A DNA stretch of 64,000 bases, from contig JAEUJA010000142.1 of assembly GCA_016793195.1 (NCBI GenBank), forward strand, positions 780 to 64,779, given 5' to 3'. The notes under the pieces are model-generated. The model searched no databases. It worked only from the letters and a program-made list of their open reading frames with translations, and was not told where the DNA came from. Every line of letters starts with the position of its first letter. Position 1 is the first letter of the stretch. Origin of the DNA: Phycisphaerae bacterium. Its GTDB lineage: Bacteria > Planctomycetota > Phycisphaerae > Phycisphaerales > UBA1924. The translations under genes were made by a program, and so were the position numbers. This document shows positions 1 to 10,704 of the stretch, piece by piece.

Positions 1-333
1 CTTGGTGTCGGTGGCCGCGGGGTCGATTCCCTTGAGCTTTCCCATGTAGTTGAGGAAGGCGCCGACTTTCATTTTGCGGTAGACGCCGCGTTCCTCGGGG
101 AGGTAGCCGATGCGGTCCTTGCTCTCGACGGCGGAGGCTTTTCCCAGGACGCGGAGGTCGCCGGAATCCGGGAAGATGATCGACATGATCATGCGGATGG
201 TGGTGGTCTTTCCGGCGCCGTTGGGCCCGATGAAGCCGCAGAGGCTCCCGACGGGGACGGTGAGGTCGAGGTTGTTGACGGCGACCTTTGGGCCGAACGT
301 TTTGGTCAGGCCGCGGATTTCGATGGCTGACAA
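1..333 (-). CDS. ABC transporter ATP-binding protein (N-terminal part only; continues off left edge)
   Basis: My reverse-strand translation reads (TTG)SAIEIRGLTKTFGPKVAVNNLDLTVPVGSLCGFIGPNGAGKTTTIRMIMSIIFPDSGDLRVLGKS... with Walker A GPNGAGKTT. The TTG start at 333 is my reading. The C-terminus lies outside the window. Confidence 0.8.
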   Translation of the reverse strand, partial: MSAIEIRGLTKTFGPKVAVNNLDLTVPVGSLCGFIGPNGAGKTTTIRMIMSIIFPDSGDLRVLGKASAVESKDRIGYLPEERGVYRKMKVGAFLNYMGKLKGIDPAATDTK

Positions 334-433
334 GGTGTGAATCCCCCCGGAGTGCGGACACAGATAGTACCGGATCGGGGCGGCGTGGTTTCACGAGCGC
401 GGGGCGGGTTTCGGCTGCTTATCGTTCGGGTAC

Positions 434-1531
434 ATGATGACGCTGGCGCAAGAAGCGGTGGGAAAGATCGTGGCCAAGCTCGGCGAATTCGAGCGTGAGT
501 ATGGCGACGTCTGCGGGAAGCTGGAAGACCCGGCGGTGGTGACGGACCACAAGGCGGTGAGGCAGCTTTCGATCAGGAAGGCGGGGCTGGAGCCGCTGGT
601 GGGGGCCTTCCGCGCATACAACGCGGCGGCGGCGGAGGTGAAGGAGTTTGAGGCGGCCAGGAACGGCGGCGACGCGGAGCTGGCGGCGATGGCGGCGTCG
701 GAATTGCCCGCGGCGCGGGCGCGGGTGGAGGCGTTGCTGGGGGAGGTGACGTCGCGCTTGGTGACGGCCGACGACGGCAAGGTCGGGTCGGTGATGATGG
801 AAATCCGCGCGGGGACCGGCGGGGACGAGGCGGCGCTGTGGGCCCGCGACCTCCTGGAGATGTATCAGAAATACGCGGCGCGGCGCGGGTGGAACTGGGA
901 AGTGCTGGAGCTGACGCCCGAGCCGGGCGTGGGCGGCGTGCGGAGCGCGACGGTGAACGTGCGGGGCGAGGGCGTGTGGACGGAGCTGAACTTCGAGGCG
1001 GGGGTTCACAGCGTGAAGCGCGTGCCGGCGACCGAGGCCCAGGGACGGATTCATACCAGCACGGCGAGCGTGGCGACACTCCCCGAGCCCGAGGATGTCG
1101 ACGTGAAGATCGACTGGGCCAACGAGGTCGAGGAGTTCGCGACGCGGGCGCAGGGGCCGGGCGGGCAGAACGTCAACAAGGTCGAGACCGCGTGGCAGGT
1201 TCATCACAAGCCGACGGGCATCATCATCAAGATGATGGAGGCCAAGAGCCAGCAGCAGAACCGCGAGCGGGCGCGGAGGCTGCTCATGGCCAAGCTGTAC
1301 GAGGCCGAGCGGGCCCGCCATGCGGCGGAGCGGACGGCGGCGCGGAACAGCCAGATCGGTACCGGCGGACGGAGCGAGAAGATCAGGACGTACCGGTTTA
1401 AGGACGGGATCGTGGCCGACGAGCGGCTGCCGGGGGAGTACGGCGTGCGCGAGGTGATGAACGGCGAGCTGGATCGGATGATGAAGGACCTGATCGCGCA
1501 CGAGACGGCGCGGCGCGTGGCGGCGCTGTAG
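434..1531 (+). CDS. prfA: peptide chain release factor 1
   Basis: 365-aa ORF with the GGQ motif (GPGGQNVNKVETA) and the RF1-type PAT tripeptide (RVPATEAQGRIHTS). Length is typical of class I release factors. Confidence 0.95.
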   Translation: MMTLAQEAVGKIVAKLGEFEREYGDVCGKLEDPAVVTDHKAVRQLSIRKAGLEPLVGAFRAYNAAAAEVKEFEAARNGGDAELAAMAASELPAARARVEALLGEVTSRLVTADDGKVGSVMMEIRAGTGGDEAALWARDLLEMYQKYAARRGWNWEVLELTPEPGVGGVRSATVNVRGEGVWTELNFEAGVHSVKRVPATEAQGRIHTSTASVATLPEPEDVDVKIDWANEVEEFATRAQGPGGQNVNKVETAWQVHHKPTGIIIKMMEAKSQQQNRERARRLLMAKLYEAERARHAAERTAARNSQIGTGGRSEKIRTYRFKDGIVADERLPGEYGVREVMNGELDRMMKDLIAHETARRVAAL

Positions 1532-1549
1532 GCGAAGGGCGCGGCGGGG

Positions 1550-1716
1550 GGAGCACATCTGCGCCGACTTTCAGTGCGGAACCACCCCGGAAGCGGTGCC
1601 ACCAGGAGTCGGGTGTTGGAAGGCAGTTCCCGCACCGATCTGGAGAGCGGAACCACCAAAGGAGCGGTGCCACCAAGGAGTGGCGCCGGCGGGAACGGGA
1701 TGCGAAGGAGATCGGA
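1550..1716 (+). promoter_or_regulatory. GGA-rich repeated leader between prfA and the DPD-like gene (candidate cis-regulatory RNA or protein-binding array)
   Basis: Two ~37-nt imperfect direct repeats, each containing GCGGAACCACC then GCGGTGCCACC 17 nt later (11-mers at 1576, 1593, 1647 and 1664). I counted 13 GGA triplets by hand in 167 nt, several as AAGGAG or AGGAG. Function is unknown. Confidence 0.3.
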
Positions 1717-1725
1717 GACTCTTCG

Positions 1726-2802
1726 ATGATCGATCTGTCGGTGCACGTTGACGGCCTGCGGCTGGCGAACCCGTTCATCATCGCCAGCGGGCCGCCCTCG
1801 ACGAACGCCAACGTCATCGCCCGCGCGTTCGACGAGGGGTGGGGGGGCGTCGTCTGCAAGACGATCGTGCTCGATTCGACGAAGATCGTGAACGTCTCGC
1901 CGCGGTACGCGCGGTGGCGGGTGGGCGACGAGGTCGTCGGATGGGAGAACATCGAGCTGATCAGCGATCGCCCGATCGAGGTGTGGGAAGAAGAGTTTCG
2001 GGCGCTGAAGACGCGGTATCCGGGGCGGGTGCTGATCGCGTCAGTGATGGAGGAGTATCGGCGCGCGGCGTGGCACGAGGTGGTGGAGCGGATGCAGCGA
2101 GCCGGGGCCGACGCGATCGAATTGAACATGTCGTGCCCGCACGGCTTGCCGGAGCGGCGGATGGGGTCGGCGATGGGCCAGTCGCCGGAGGTGCTGCGCG
2201 AGGTGTGCGGGTGGGTGCGCGAGGTGGCGCGGGTGCCGGTGTGTGCCAAGATGACGCCGAACGTGACGAGCATGGTGGATGTGGCCGTCGCGGCGGTGGA
2301 GGGCGGCTGCCACGGCATCTCCGCGATCAACACGGTGCTGAGCGTGATGGGGATCGACCTTGACACGCTTCGTCCCGTGCCGACGGTGGAGGGGATGACC
2401 ACGCCGGGCGGTTACTCGGGGCGGGCGGTGAAGCCCATCGCGCTGCGGATGGCGATGGAGATCGCGCGGGCGGTGGGCGGGCGGGCGTCGCTGAGCGCGA
2501 TCGGCGGCGTGGAGAGCGGCGGCGACGCGGCCGAGTTTGTCCTGCTCGGGGCCTCGACGGTGCAGGTGTGCACGGGCGTGATGGTCCACGGCTACGGGCT
2601 CGTGCGCGAGCTCGAACGCGGGCTGCGCGCGTTCATGGATCGCCACGGCTTCCGCACGATCGAGGACTTTCGCGGGCGCAGCCTGAAGTATTTCACGAGC
2701 CACGCCGAGCTCGTCGCGCGGAAGCACGGCGGGAAGTCAGGTCAAGACGCGGCGTGGAGCGCGGAGCGGTTGGTGGAGCAGGTTGAGGATGAGGCGACGT
2801 GA
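1726..2802 (+). CDS. dihydropyrimidine dehydrogenase / PreA-like FMN (DHOD-fold) protein lacking a ferredoxin domain
   Basis: 358 aa. The N-terminus LANPFIIASGPPSTN and the active-site stretch ELNMSCPHGLPERRMGSAMG closely resemble the DPD/PreA NxSCPHG motif. There is no C-terminal 4Fe-4S domain. ATG at 1726 is preceded by GGAG. Confidence 0.8.
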   Translation: MIDLSVHVDGLRLANPFIIASGPPSTNANVIARAFDEGWGGVVCKTIVLDSTKIVNVSPRYARWRVGDEVVGWENIELISDRPIEVWEEEFRALKTRYPGRVLIASVMEEYRRAAWHEVVERMQRAGADAIELNMSCPHGLPERRMGSAMGQSPEVLREVCGWVREVARVPVCAKMTPNVTSMVDVAVAAVEGGCHGISAINTVLSVMGIDLDTLRPVPTVEGMTTPGGYSGRAVKPIALRMAMEIARAVGGRASLSAIGGVESGGDAAEFVLLGASTVQVCTGVMVHGYGLVRELERGLRAFMDRHGFRTIEDFRGRSLKYFTSHAELVARKHGGKSGQDAAWSAERLVEQVEDEAT

Positions 2803-3010
2803 GGAAAAGACAAGAGACGGAGAGACGGAGTGGCGGAAGCGGGCGCAGAACTTCATCAAGGTTCGTGATGAGCACCGACCGGCTCGCGGACTCGCGAGTC
2901 GGTGGCACGCATGATCGTCTCGCGCGTTGCACGCCGGGTGCTTGCAAGATTGAATTGTGACGGTGAGCGCCGGCGTGGCGGTTGCTTCGAATCGCCGGGC
3001 GTCGATCCAC

Positions 3011-3679
3011 TCAAGCGTCGTTGATGAGGACGATGTAAACGGTCCCCGGGCCGTGGACGCCCGTGACGAGGACGCCCTCGATGTCGGCGGTTTTGCTCGG
3101 GCCACTCACCAGCAGCATCGCGGCGGGCGGGGCTAATGCAAGTGCGTGGGCGGCGGACTCGGGGCTGGTCCACAGATCGAGAAGATCGGGCACGAGCGTG
3201 CCGGCACGCACGAGAATGACCACCTTCGGCGGCACGATCCACGAGCAGCGGCGGCGGTTGTTGCTGGTCAGGAGCACCGAGCCGGTTTCGGCGACGCCGG
3301 CGGACGCGTCGATGATCGCAAGGTCGGCGTCGAAGGCTCGCGCGTCGGGATCGGAGCGCGTCGAAATGGTGAGAGCCTGACATGCATCGTTGGCCACGGT
3401 GCGAAGTGAGCCATCGGCGACATCAACCAGCACGGTGCACGGGGCCTCGGCGCGGACGATAGATTCGAGCGACTCCCGCAGCGAGGCGCGTGAGGCACGC
3501 GCTGGCTTCATCCCCGTGCGAGTGGCGGCGTCGATGAACCGCGCGCCAAGGTCGATGTCGGGGCCGGCGAGGCGAGCGAGCGAATCGTCAACACGCGGAG
3601 GATGGATGTCCGGGACGGCGTCGCCCGAGCGTCCCAGGGCCGCACGCACGCTCGAAAAAACCAGCTCGCGATCGTTCAT
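3011..3679 (-). CDS. lutC: lactate utilization protein C (LUD domain, LutC/YkgG family)
   Basis: 222 aa. It is the last gene of a lutA-lutB-lutC array. Its ATG overlaps the lutB stop (ATGA at 3676-3679). Confidence 0.75.
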   Translation of the reverse strand: MNDRELVFSSVRAALGRSGDAVPDIHPPRVDDSLARLAGPDIDLGARFIDAATRTGMKPARASRASLRESLESIVRAEAPCTVLVDVADGSLRTVANDACQALTISTRSDPDARAFDADLAIIDASAGVAETGSVLLTSNNRRRCSWIVPPKVVILVRAGTLVPDLLDLWTSPESAAHALALAPPAAMLLVSGPSKTADIEGVLVTGVHGPGTVYIVLINDA

Positions 3680-5220
3680 GCGACGCCCCCGTCCTTGCGT
3701 GCGGGCGGGCTTTCACCGGCCCGCGCCCGAGCCTTTTGCTCGCCATGAACGACAGGTCCGCCCGACGCTCCGATGCGAGACTGCTCGCGCGTGCTCCACC
3801 ACGCGCGGAAGTCCAGCGCGCCGGGGCGCGGCGTGGCACGGCACGAGGTCCAGGCGCCGAGCGGTCCGGGCAGAGGAATGTCCATGCCGTCGAGGCGCGA
3901 GAGCGCGATGCGGGCAAGCCTGGCCGCGAGCTGATACCGCAGAGGCGACTGCATGATCCAGCGCCAGAGTCTCATCACAGCTCGCTCGGGCGCGGGGCTG
4001 ATCTTCCGGCGGGCGGACTTTTCGCGGAGCGCGATGAGCTGCGCGGGCAGGTCGATGTGGACCGGGCAGGCGTGGAAGCACGCACCACACAGTGAGCTGG
4101 CCGTCGCAAGATCGGGATAGTTGTGCAGCCCGCGCAGGTGCGGCGTGATGGCGGCGCCGATGGGGCCGGAGTAGACCGAGCCGTAGGCGTGCCCGCCGCC
4201 GACGGCCTTGTAGACCGGGCAGGCGTTGAGGCAGGCGCCGCAGCGAATGCAGCGGAGGAGTTCGCGCGTGGGTTCGCGCAGGAGCTGGGAGCGGCCGTTG
4301 TCGAGGAGGATGATGTGGAGTTCGCGCGGACCGTCGGCGTCGGCGGGGGCGTTCGTGCTCGAGGCCCGTCTTGGTCCGGTGATGCACGTCGTGTAGATGG
4401 TGATCGGCTGGGCGGTGGCGCTGCGGGCGAGCAGTTTCAGGAACACGGGCAGATCTGCCATCGTCGGGATGAGCTTCTCGATGCCGACGACGGCGACATG
4501 AACGGGCGGGAGCGAGACGGTGAGGTCGGCGTTGCCCTCGTTGGTGCAGAGGACGAGCGTGCCGGTGTCGGCGATGAGGAAGTTTCCGCCGGAGACGCCT
4601 AGGCCGGCCCGCGCAAAGAGCCGGCGCATGTGGTCGCGGGCGATCATGGTGAGCTCGCCGGGGTCTTCGGTGTAGGGCGCGCCGAGGTCGCGCACGAAGG
4701 CCCGCGCCACCGAGGCGCGGTTTTTGTGGATCATGGGCGTGACGATGTGCGACGGAGCATCGCCGTCGAGCTGCACGATGAACTCGCCGAGATCGGTCTC
4801 GATGGTCCTGACGCCCGCGGCCTCGAGCGCCGGGAGCAGGCGGATTTCCTCGGTCGCCATCGACTTGCTCTTCACGCAGACCTTCGCGTTGACGCGGCGC
4901 GCGATGTCGAGGCAGATGCGGTTGGCGGAATCGGCGTCGGCGGCCCAGTGCACCGTCGCGCCGGCCCTGGTCGCGGCGGCCTCGAAGGTCTCGAGGTAGA
5001 GATCGAGATGGTCGAGCGTGTGGGACTTGATCGCGCCGGCGTGACGCCGGAGGTCGTCGTAGCGCACGCCGAACGCGGCGCGGCAGGCATCGACGCGCCC
5101 TGTGTCCTTGGTGACGGTCGCGTGGCGGACGAACTGCTGCAGGCTGATGTCGCGCGCGGCGGCGGGCGCCCGCGACTCGATGCGGTGGGGGAGCGGCGGA
5201 AAGAGCAGGCCCTCACTCAT
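3676..5220 (-). CDS. lutB: lactate utilization iron-sulfur protein LutB/YkgF
   Basis: Starts at MSEGLLFPP (ATG 5220, ATGA overlap with the lutA stop). Contains the ferredoxin-type motifs CIRCGACLNACPVY and CGACFHACPV plus a LUD-like region. The track ORF extending to 5880 is an in-frame upstream run overlapping lutA and is not used. Confidence 0.85.
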   Translation of the reverse strand: MSEGLLFPPLPHRIESRAPAAARDISLQQFVRHATVTKDTGRVDACRAAFGVRYDDLRRHAGAIKSHTLDHLDLYLETFEAAATRAGATVHWAADADSANRICLDIARRVNAKVCVKSKSMATEEIRLLPALEAAGVRTIETDLGEFIVQLDGDAPSHIVTPMIHKNRASVARAFVRDLGAPYTEDPGELTMIARDHMRRLFARAGLGVSGGNFLIADTGTLVLCTNEGNADLTVSLPPVHVAVVGIEKLIPTMADLPVFLKLLARSATAQPITIYTTCITGPRRASSTNAPADADGPRELHIILLDNGRSQLLREPTRELLRCIRCGACLNACPVYKAVGGGHAYGSVYSGPIGAAITPHLRGLHNYPDLATASSLCGACFHACPVHIDLPAQLIALREKSARRKISPAPERAVMRLWRWIMQSPLRYQLAARLARIALSRLDGMDIPLPGPLGAWTSCRATPRPGALDFRAWWSTREQSRIGASGGPVVHGEQKARARAGESPPARKDGGVA

Positions 5221-6065
5221 GGCGCGGGCTCTCGCGGGAGGAGGGCGAGCGATTCGGCGATGATCTCGGGCGCGGAGATGATGCGCTGGCGCACGCCGCG
5301 TTTCCGGCACGCGCCGTCGATGTTCATGGCGCAGCCGGCGTCGCTGCACACCAGCGCGTCGCTGTGGGTTGAGGCGACATTGTCGACCTTCTTCTCGACC
5401 ATCTTGGCCGAGATCGAGGGGTGCTTGACGCTGAAGGCGCCGCCGAAGCCGCAGCACTCGTCGCGAGCGGGGAGCGGGCGGAGGTTGAGGGCGTCGACCG
5501 TGGCGAGGAGTTTCGCCGGCTCGTCCATCAGGCCGAGCTCGCGGAGGTGACAGGCGGGGTGGATCGTCGCGGATGATTCGTGGCGAGCGCCCAGGGCGGT
5601 GAGGTCGACCCGCAGAACTCGCGACAGAAACTCCACGAACTCGTAGGTCTTGGCCGCGAGGGCCGTCGCGCGAGCGGCGTAGGCGGCGTCGCTTGCGAGC
5701 AGGTGGGGCGAGTGGACTTTCACCATCGCGGCGCAGGAGGCCGAGGGCGTAACGATCGCGTCGAACGCCTCGAAGACGTCGATCATGCGGCGAGCGAGGA
5801 TGGCGGCGTCGGCGTGGTGCCCGGTGTTGAACATCGGCTGGCCGCAGCAGGTCTGGGCGGCCGGGAAATGGACGTGGCATCCCAGCCGCTCGAGGACCAG
5901 AGTGGCGGCGACGCCCGCGCGGGGCGTGAATTGCTCGGTGAGGCAGGTGATGAAAAGTGCGACGTTCAAGGGATTGGAAAGGCTTTTTGTGGTCTGGAGG
6001 ACGCCTTCTGTGGCGTTGGGCGTCGGTGGTGGTGGTGAATGTTTGGTGTGGAACGGGGCGGACAT
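5217..6065 (-). CDS. lutA: (Fe-S) oxidoreductase LutA/YkgE (CCG-domain protein)
   Basis: VALFITCLTEQF... and the cysteine-rich CCG motifs (AQTCCGQP, DECCGFGG). Start chosen at ATG 6065 (MSAPFH...). Upstream in-frame ATGs at 6110 and 6158 are possible but would add a non-conserved extension. Confidence 0.8.
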   Translation of the reverse strand: MSAPFHTKHSPPPPTPNATEGVLQTTKSLSNPLNVALFITCLTEQFTPRAGVAATLVLERLGCHVHFPAAQTCCGQPMFNTGHHADAAILARRMIDVFEAFDAIVTPSASCAAMVKVHSPHLLASDAAYAARATALAAKTYEFVEFLSRVLRVDLTALGARHESSATIHPACHLRELGLMDEPAKLLATVDALNLRPLPARDECCGFGGAFSVKHPSISAKMVEKKVDNVASTHSDALVCSDAGCAMNIDGACRKRGVRQRIISAPEIIAESLALLPREPAP

Positions 6066-6078
6066 GCCCGATTGTGAC

Positions 6079-6108
6079 TGAAATTGCTTGAAATTGTTGG
6101 GATATCCC
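6079..6108. promoter_or_regulatory. candidate operator in the lutA / rhaEW divergent region: direct repeat TGAAATTG(N2)TGAAATTG followed by the palindrome GGGATATCCC
   Basis: Read directly: tgaaattgct at 6079-6088, tgaaattgtt at 6089-6098, gggatatccc at 6099-6108. It sits in a locally AT-rich patch (about 6071-6120) of an otherwise GC-rich window, between divergent starts at 6065 and 6211. Function is inferred only. Confidence 0.3.
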
Positions 6109-6210
6109 ATAATCTTGGCAAGGAGCGAGCGGCCGGCCGGTGCGACGCGCCGTGCCAACTGTTTGCCGGAGGTTGCAGGTTGGTGTTCTGTCTGGTTTGA
6201 TGGGGGAGTG

Positions 6211-8400
<2,190 letters not shown>

Positions 8401-8449
8401 GCCGGGTTTGGTCGGCCCGCGCCGGTCGTCGTTGCGTGCGGAGAGCTTG

Positions 8450-9937
8450 ATGGCGACACGCGGGTCCATCGCGATCGATCTGGGCGCCGAGTCGGGGCGC
8501 GTCATGGTTGGAGTGCTTCGCGCGGGCGGATTGTCGCTCCATGAGGCGCACCGCTTCTTGCACGCGCCCGTGGCGACGTCCGGCGCGCCGGCCTGGGACT
8601 TGCCCCTGATCTGGCGTGAAATCCGCGAGGGGTTGAAACGGGCCGCGGCGTGGGCGGTTGGACAGGACGTGGAAATCGCGAGCGTCGGGGTCGACACCTG
8701 GGGCGTGGATTTCGCGCTGCTCGGTAAGGGCGATGAACTGCTGGCCACGCCGCGCTGCTACCGGAACTCCGAGCACGCCGAGGGCCTGGCGATTCTCGAT
8801 CAAAGGCTCGGGCGCGCCGGGGTCTATGGTCTGACCGGCGTCCGCTCGATGGCGCTCAACACGTCGTCGCAGCTGGCGGGCTGGGTGGCGCGCGATCCCG
8901 GGGTGTTTCGGGCGGCGGGGCGGCTGCTCTTCATGCCCGATTTGCTCCACTACATGCTCGGCGGCGTGGCGTCCACGGAGCAATCGATCGCGTCGACCTC
9001 GCAGATGCTCGATGCGCGCACGCGTGATTGGTCGGTCGAGGTGCTGCGTGCCATCGGTCTTCCTCGCGACATCCTGCCCACCATCGTCCAGCCGGGCACG
9101 GCGCTGGGCCCCGTGCGGCGGGAGATCACGGAAGAAACCGGCTTGCCCGCTTCGGTCATGGTGATCGCGCCGGCGGCCCACGACACGGCCAGCGCCGTGG
9201 TCGGCACGCCGCTCTCGGGCTCCCGGTGTTGCTATCTCTCCAGCGGCACGTGGTCGCTCCTGGGGGTGGAGCTCGACCGCCCGATCCTGAGTGAAGAGTC
9301 TCGCGCGGCGGATTTCAGCAACGAGCACGGCGTCGACGGTACCACGCGCTTCCTCAAGAATGTCATCGGCCTGTGGCTGGTGCAGGAGATCAAGCGCGAC
9401 CTGGCCCGGTCCGGCGTGGACATGAGCTATGAGCAGCTGGCGGGCGAGGCCGAGCGTGCGACGCCGTTTCGATCGCGGGTTGACGTGGAAGCGCCGGAGC
9501 TGGCGCTGGCGGGCGACATGATCCGGAAGGTGCGGGCGCTGGCGCGGAGTACAGGTGATCCAGAGCCAGGGACGCCGGGCGAGCTCGTGCGCGCGTGCCT
9601 CGAAGGGCTCGCGGGGGCGTATGCGCGGACGCTGGAGCAGATCGAACGGCTTACCGGGCGAGCGATCGGCACGATCCACGTCATCGGCGGCGGGGTGAAG
9701 AACACGCTCTTGTGTCAGATGACCGCCAGTGCGACGGGGCGGCGCGTGCTCGCCGGGCCGGGCGAGGCGACCGCGATGGGCAACCTCCTGGTGCAGATGA
9801 TGGCGCTCGGCGAGGTCGCGGGGCTCGCCCGGGCGCGGGAACTTGTGAGCAGGTCTTGCCGACCGGTCGAGTACTTGCCAGCGAGCGGGGCGGGCTGGGA
9901 ACGATTGACCGGGCGGGCTGTGGAGTCGTCGCGATGA
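8450..9937 (+). CDS. rhaB: rhamnulokinase (FGGY family)
   Basis: 495 aa. Collinear with E. coli RhaB as I recall it: AIDLGAESGRVMVG, GVDTWGVDFALL, HDTASAVVGTPLSGSRCCYLSSGTWSLLG, NVIGLWLVQE, IHVIGGGVKNTLLCQM. Confidence 0.9.
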   Translation: MATRGSIAIDLGAESGRVMVGVLRAGGLSLHEAHRFLHAPVATSGAPAWDLPLIWREIREGLKRAAAWAVGQDVEIASVGVDTWGVDFALLGKGDELLATPRCYRNSEHAEGLAILDQRLGRAGVYGLTGVRSMALNTSSQLAGWVARDPGVFRAAGRLLFMPDLLHYMLGGVASTEQSIASTSQMLDARTRDWSVEVLRAIGLPRDILPTIVQPGTALGPVRREITEETGLPASVMVIAPAAHDTASAVVGTPLSGSRCCYLSSGTWSLLGVELDRPILSEESRAADFSNEHGVDGTTRFLKNVIGLWLVQEIKRDLARSGVDMSYEQLAGEAERATPFRSRVDVEAPELALAGDMIRKVRALARSTGDPEPGTPGELVRACLEGLAGAYARTLEQIERLTGRAIGTIHVIGGGVKNTLLCQMTASATGRRVLAGPGEATAMGNLLVQMMALGEVAGLARARELVSRSCRPVEYLPASGAGWERLTGRAVESSR

Positions 9938-10704
9938 AGAAGCACGTGGGGCCGCCGGCGCAATTGATCGAGCTCTCGCGGGCGCTGGGCGACCCCGACC
10001 TGGCGATCCTGAGCGAGGGCAACGCGTCGTGCCGGGGCGAGGACGGCACGTTCTGGATCAAGGCCAGCGGCGCGTCCCTGGCGACGCTGAGCGATCGAGA
10101 GGTTGTCCGCGTGCGGGGCGAGCCGATCACGCGATTGCTCGACGAGCGATCGAGCGATGACGGGGTCGCGGAGTGCTTGCGCGAGGCCAAGGTCGACGAC
10201 GGGCGGGCGACGCGCGCGTCCATCGAGGCGACCATGCACGCGGCGCTGCTCGAACTCGACGGCGTGTCGTGGGTCGGGCACACGCACCCGGCGGCGATCA
10301 ACGCGATCACCTGCTCGCTGCGTTTCGGCGAGCTGCTCGCGGGGCGTGTGTTCCCCGAGGAGGTCGTGGTGCTCGGGCCGGCGTCGCTGCTGATTGAGTA
10401 CGCCGACCCCGGCGTGGCGCTCGGGCGGGCGGTGCGGGACGGAGCGCGGGCGTATGTGGAGCGGTATCACCAGACGCCCCGCGCGATCTACCTGAAGAAC
10501 CACGGCTTCATCGCGGCGGGCTCCGGCGCCCGGGACGTGCTGAACATCACGCTGATGGCGGTCAAGAGCGCGAAGGTGCGCAGCGCGGCCGCGGCGCTGG
10601 GGGGCCTGAGTTTCATGAGCGACGCGGATGTCCGCCGAATGGGAGCCCGGGCCGACGTGGACTATCGCAAGAAGCTGATGGTGGAGCGGGAGCTTTCCAA
10701 GTGA
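9934..10704 (+). CDS. class II aldolase/adducin-family protein
   Basis: 256 aa starting [19 protein letters not shown] 9934 overlaps the rhaB stop (ATGA). Class II aldolase hallmarks are [10 protein letters not shown] and HTHPAAINA. Substrate is not assignable from sequence. Confidence 0.7.
   Translation: MKKHVGPPAQLIELSRALGDPDLAILSEGNASCRGEDGTFWIKASGASLATLSDREVVRVRGEPITRLLDERSSDDGVAECLREAKVDDGRATRASIEATMHAALLELDGVSWVGHTHPAAINAITCSLRFGELLAGRVFPEEVVVLGPASLLIEYADPGVALGRAVRDGARAYVERYHQTPRAIYLKNHGFIAAGSGARDVLNITLMAVKSAKVRSAAAALGGLSFMSDADVRRMGARADVDYRKKLMVERELSK

Noticed and set aside
419-1558. Long antisense ORFs overlapping real genes. Examples: 419-1558 minus opposite prfA, 13929-16382 minus opposite the ABC permease/SBP, 36184-37272 and 37606-38913 plus opposite the giant gene, 55764-56714 minus, and 16880-18364 minus.
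   Set aside because: Their translations are Arg/Pro/Gly/Ala-rich low-complexity strings with no motifs. This is typical of stop-codon-poor shadow frames in high-GC DNA. In each case the opposite strand encodes a protein with clear family signatures.
2873-2904. An imperfect GC-rich hairpin (CACCGAC...TCGCG-GACT-CGCGA-GTCGGTG) between the convergent DPD-like and lutC genes, as an intrinsic terminator.
   Set aside because: There is no U-tract on either strand and the stem has an asymmetric 4-nt bulge. It cannot be supported as a Rho-independent terminator from sequence alone.
3676-5880. The 734-aa version of LutB in the ORF track, and similar over-long ORFs. These include 6088 for rhaEW, 8366 for rhaB, 9595 for the aldolase, 32744-34864 for kdpA, 48055-49176 for PAP2, 58585-60675 for accA and 58615-60615 for proC.
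   Set aside because: The upstream extensions overlap neighbouring genes, have shadow-like composition, and are followed by internal starts with SD sequences or 4-nt stop/start overlaps that give family-typical N-termini.
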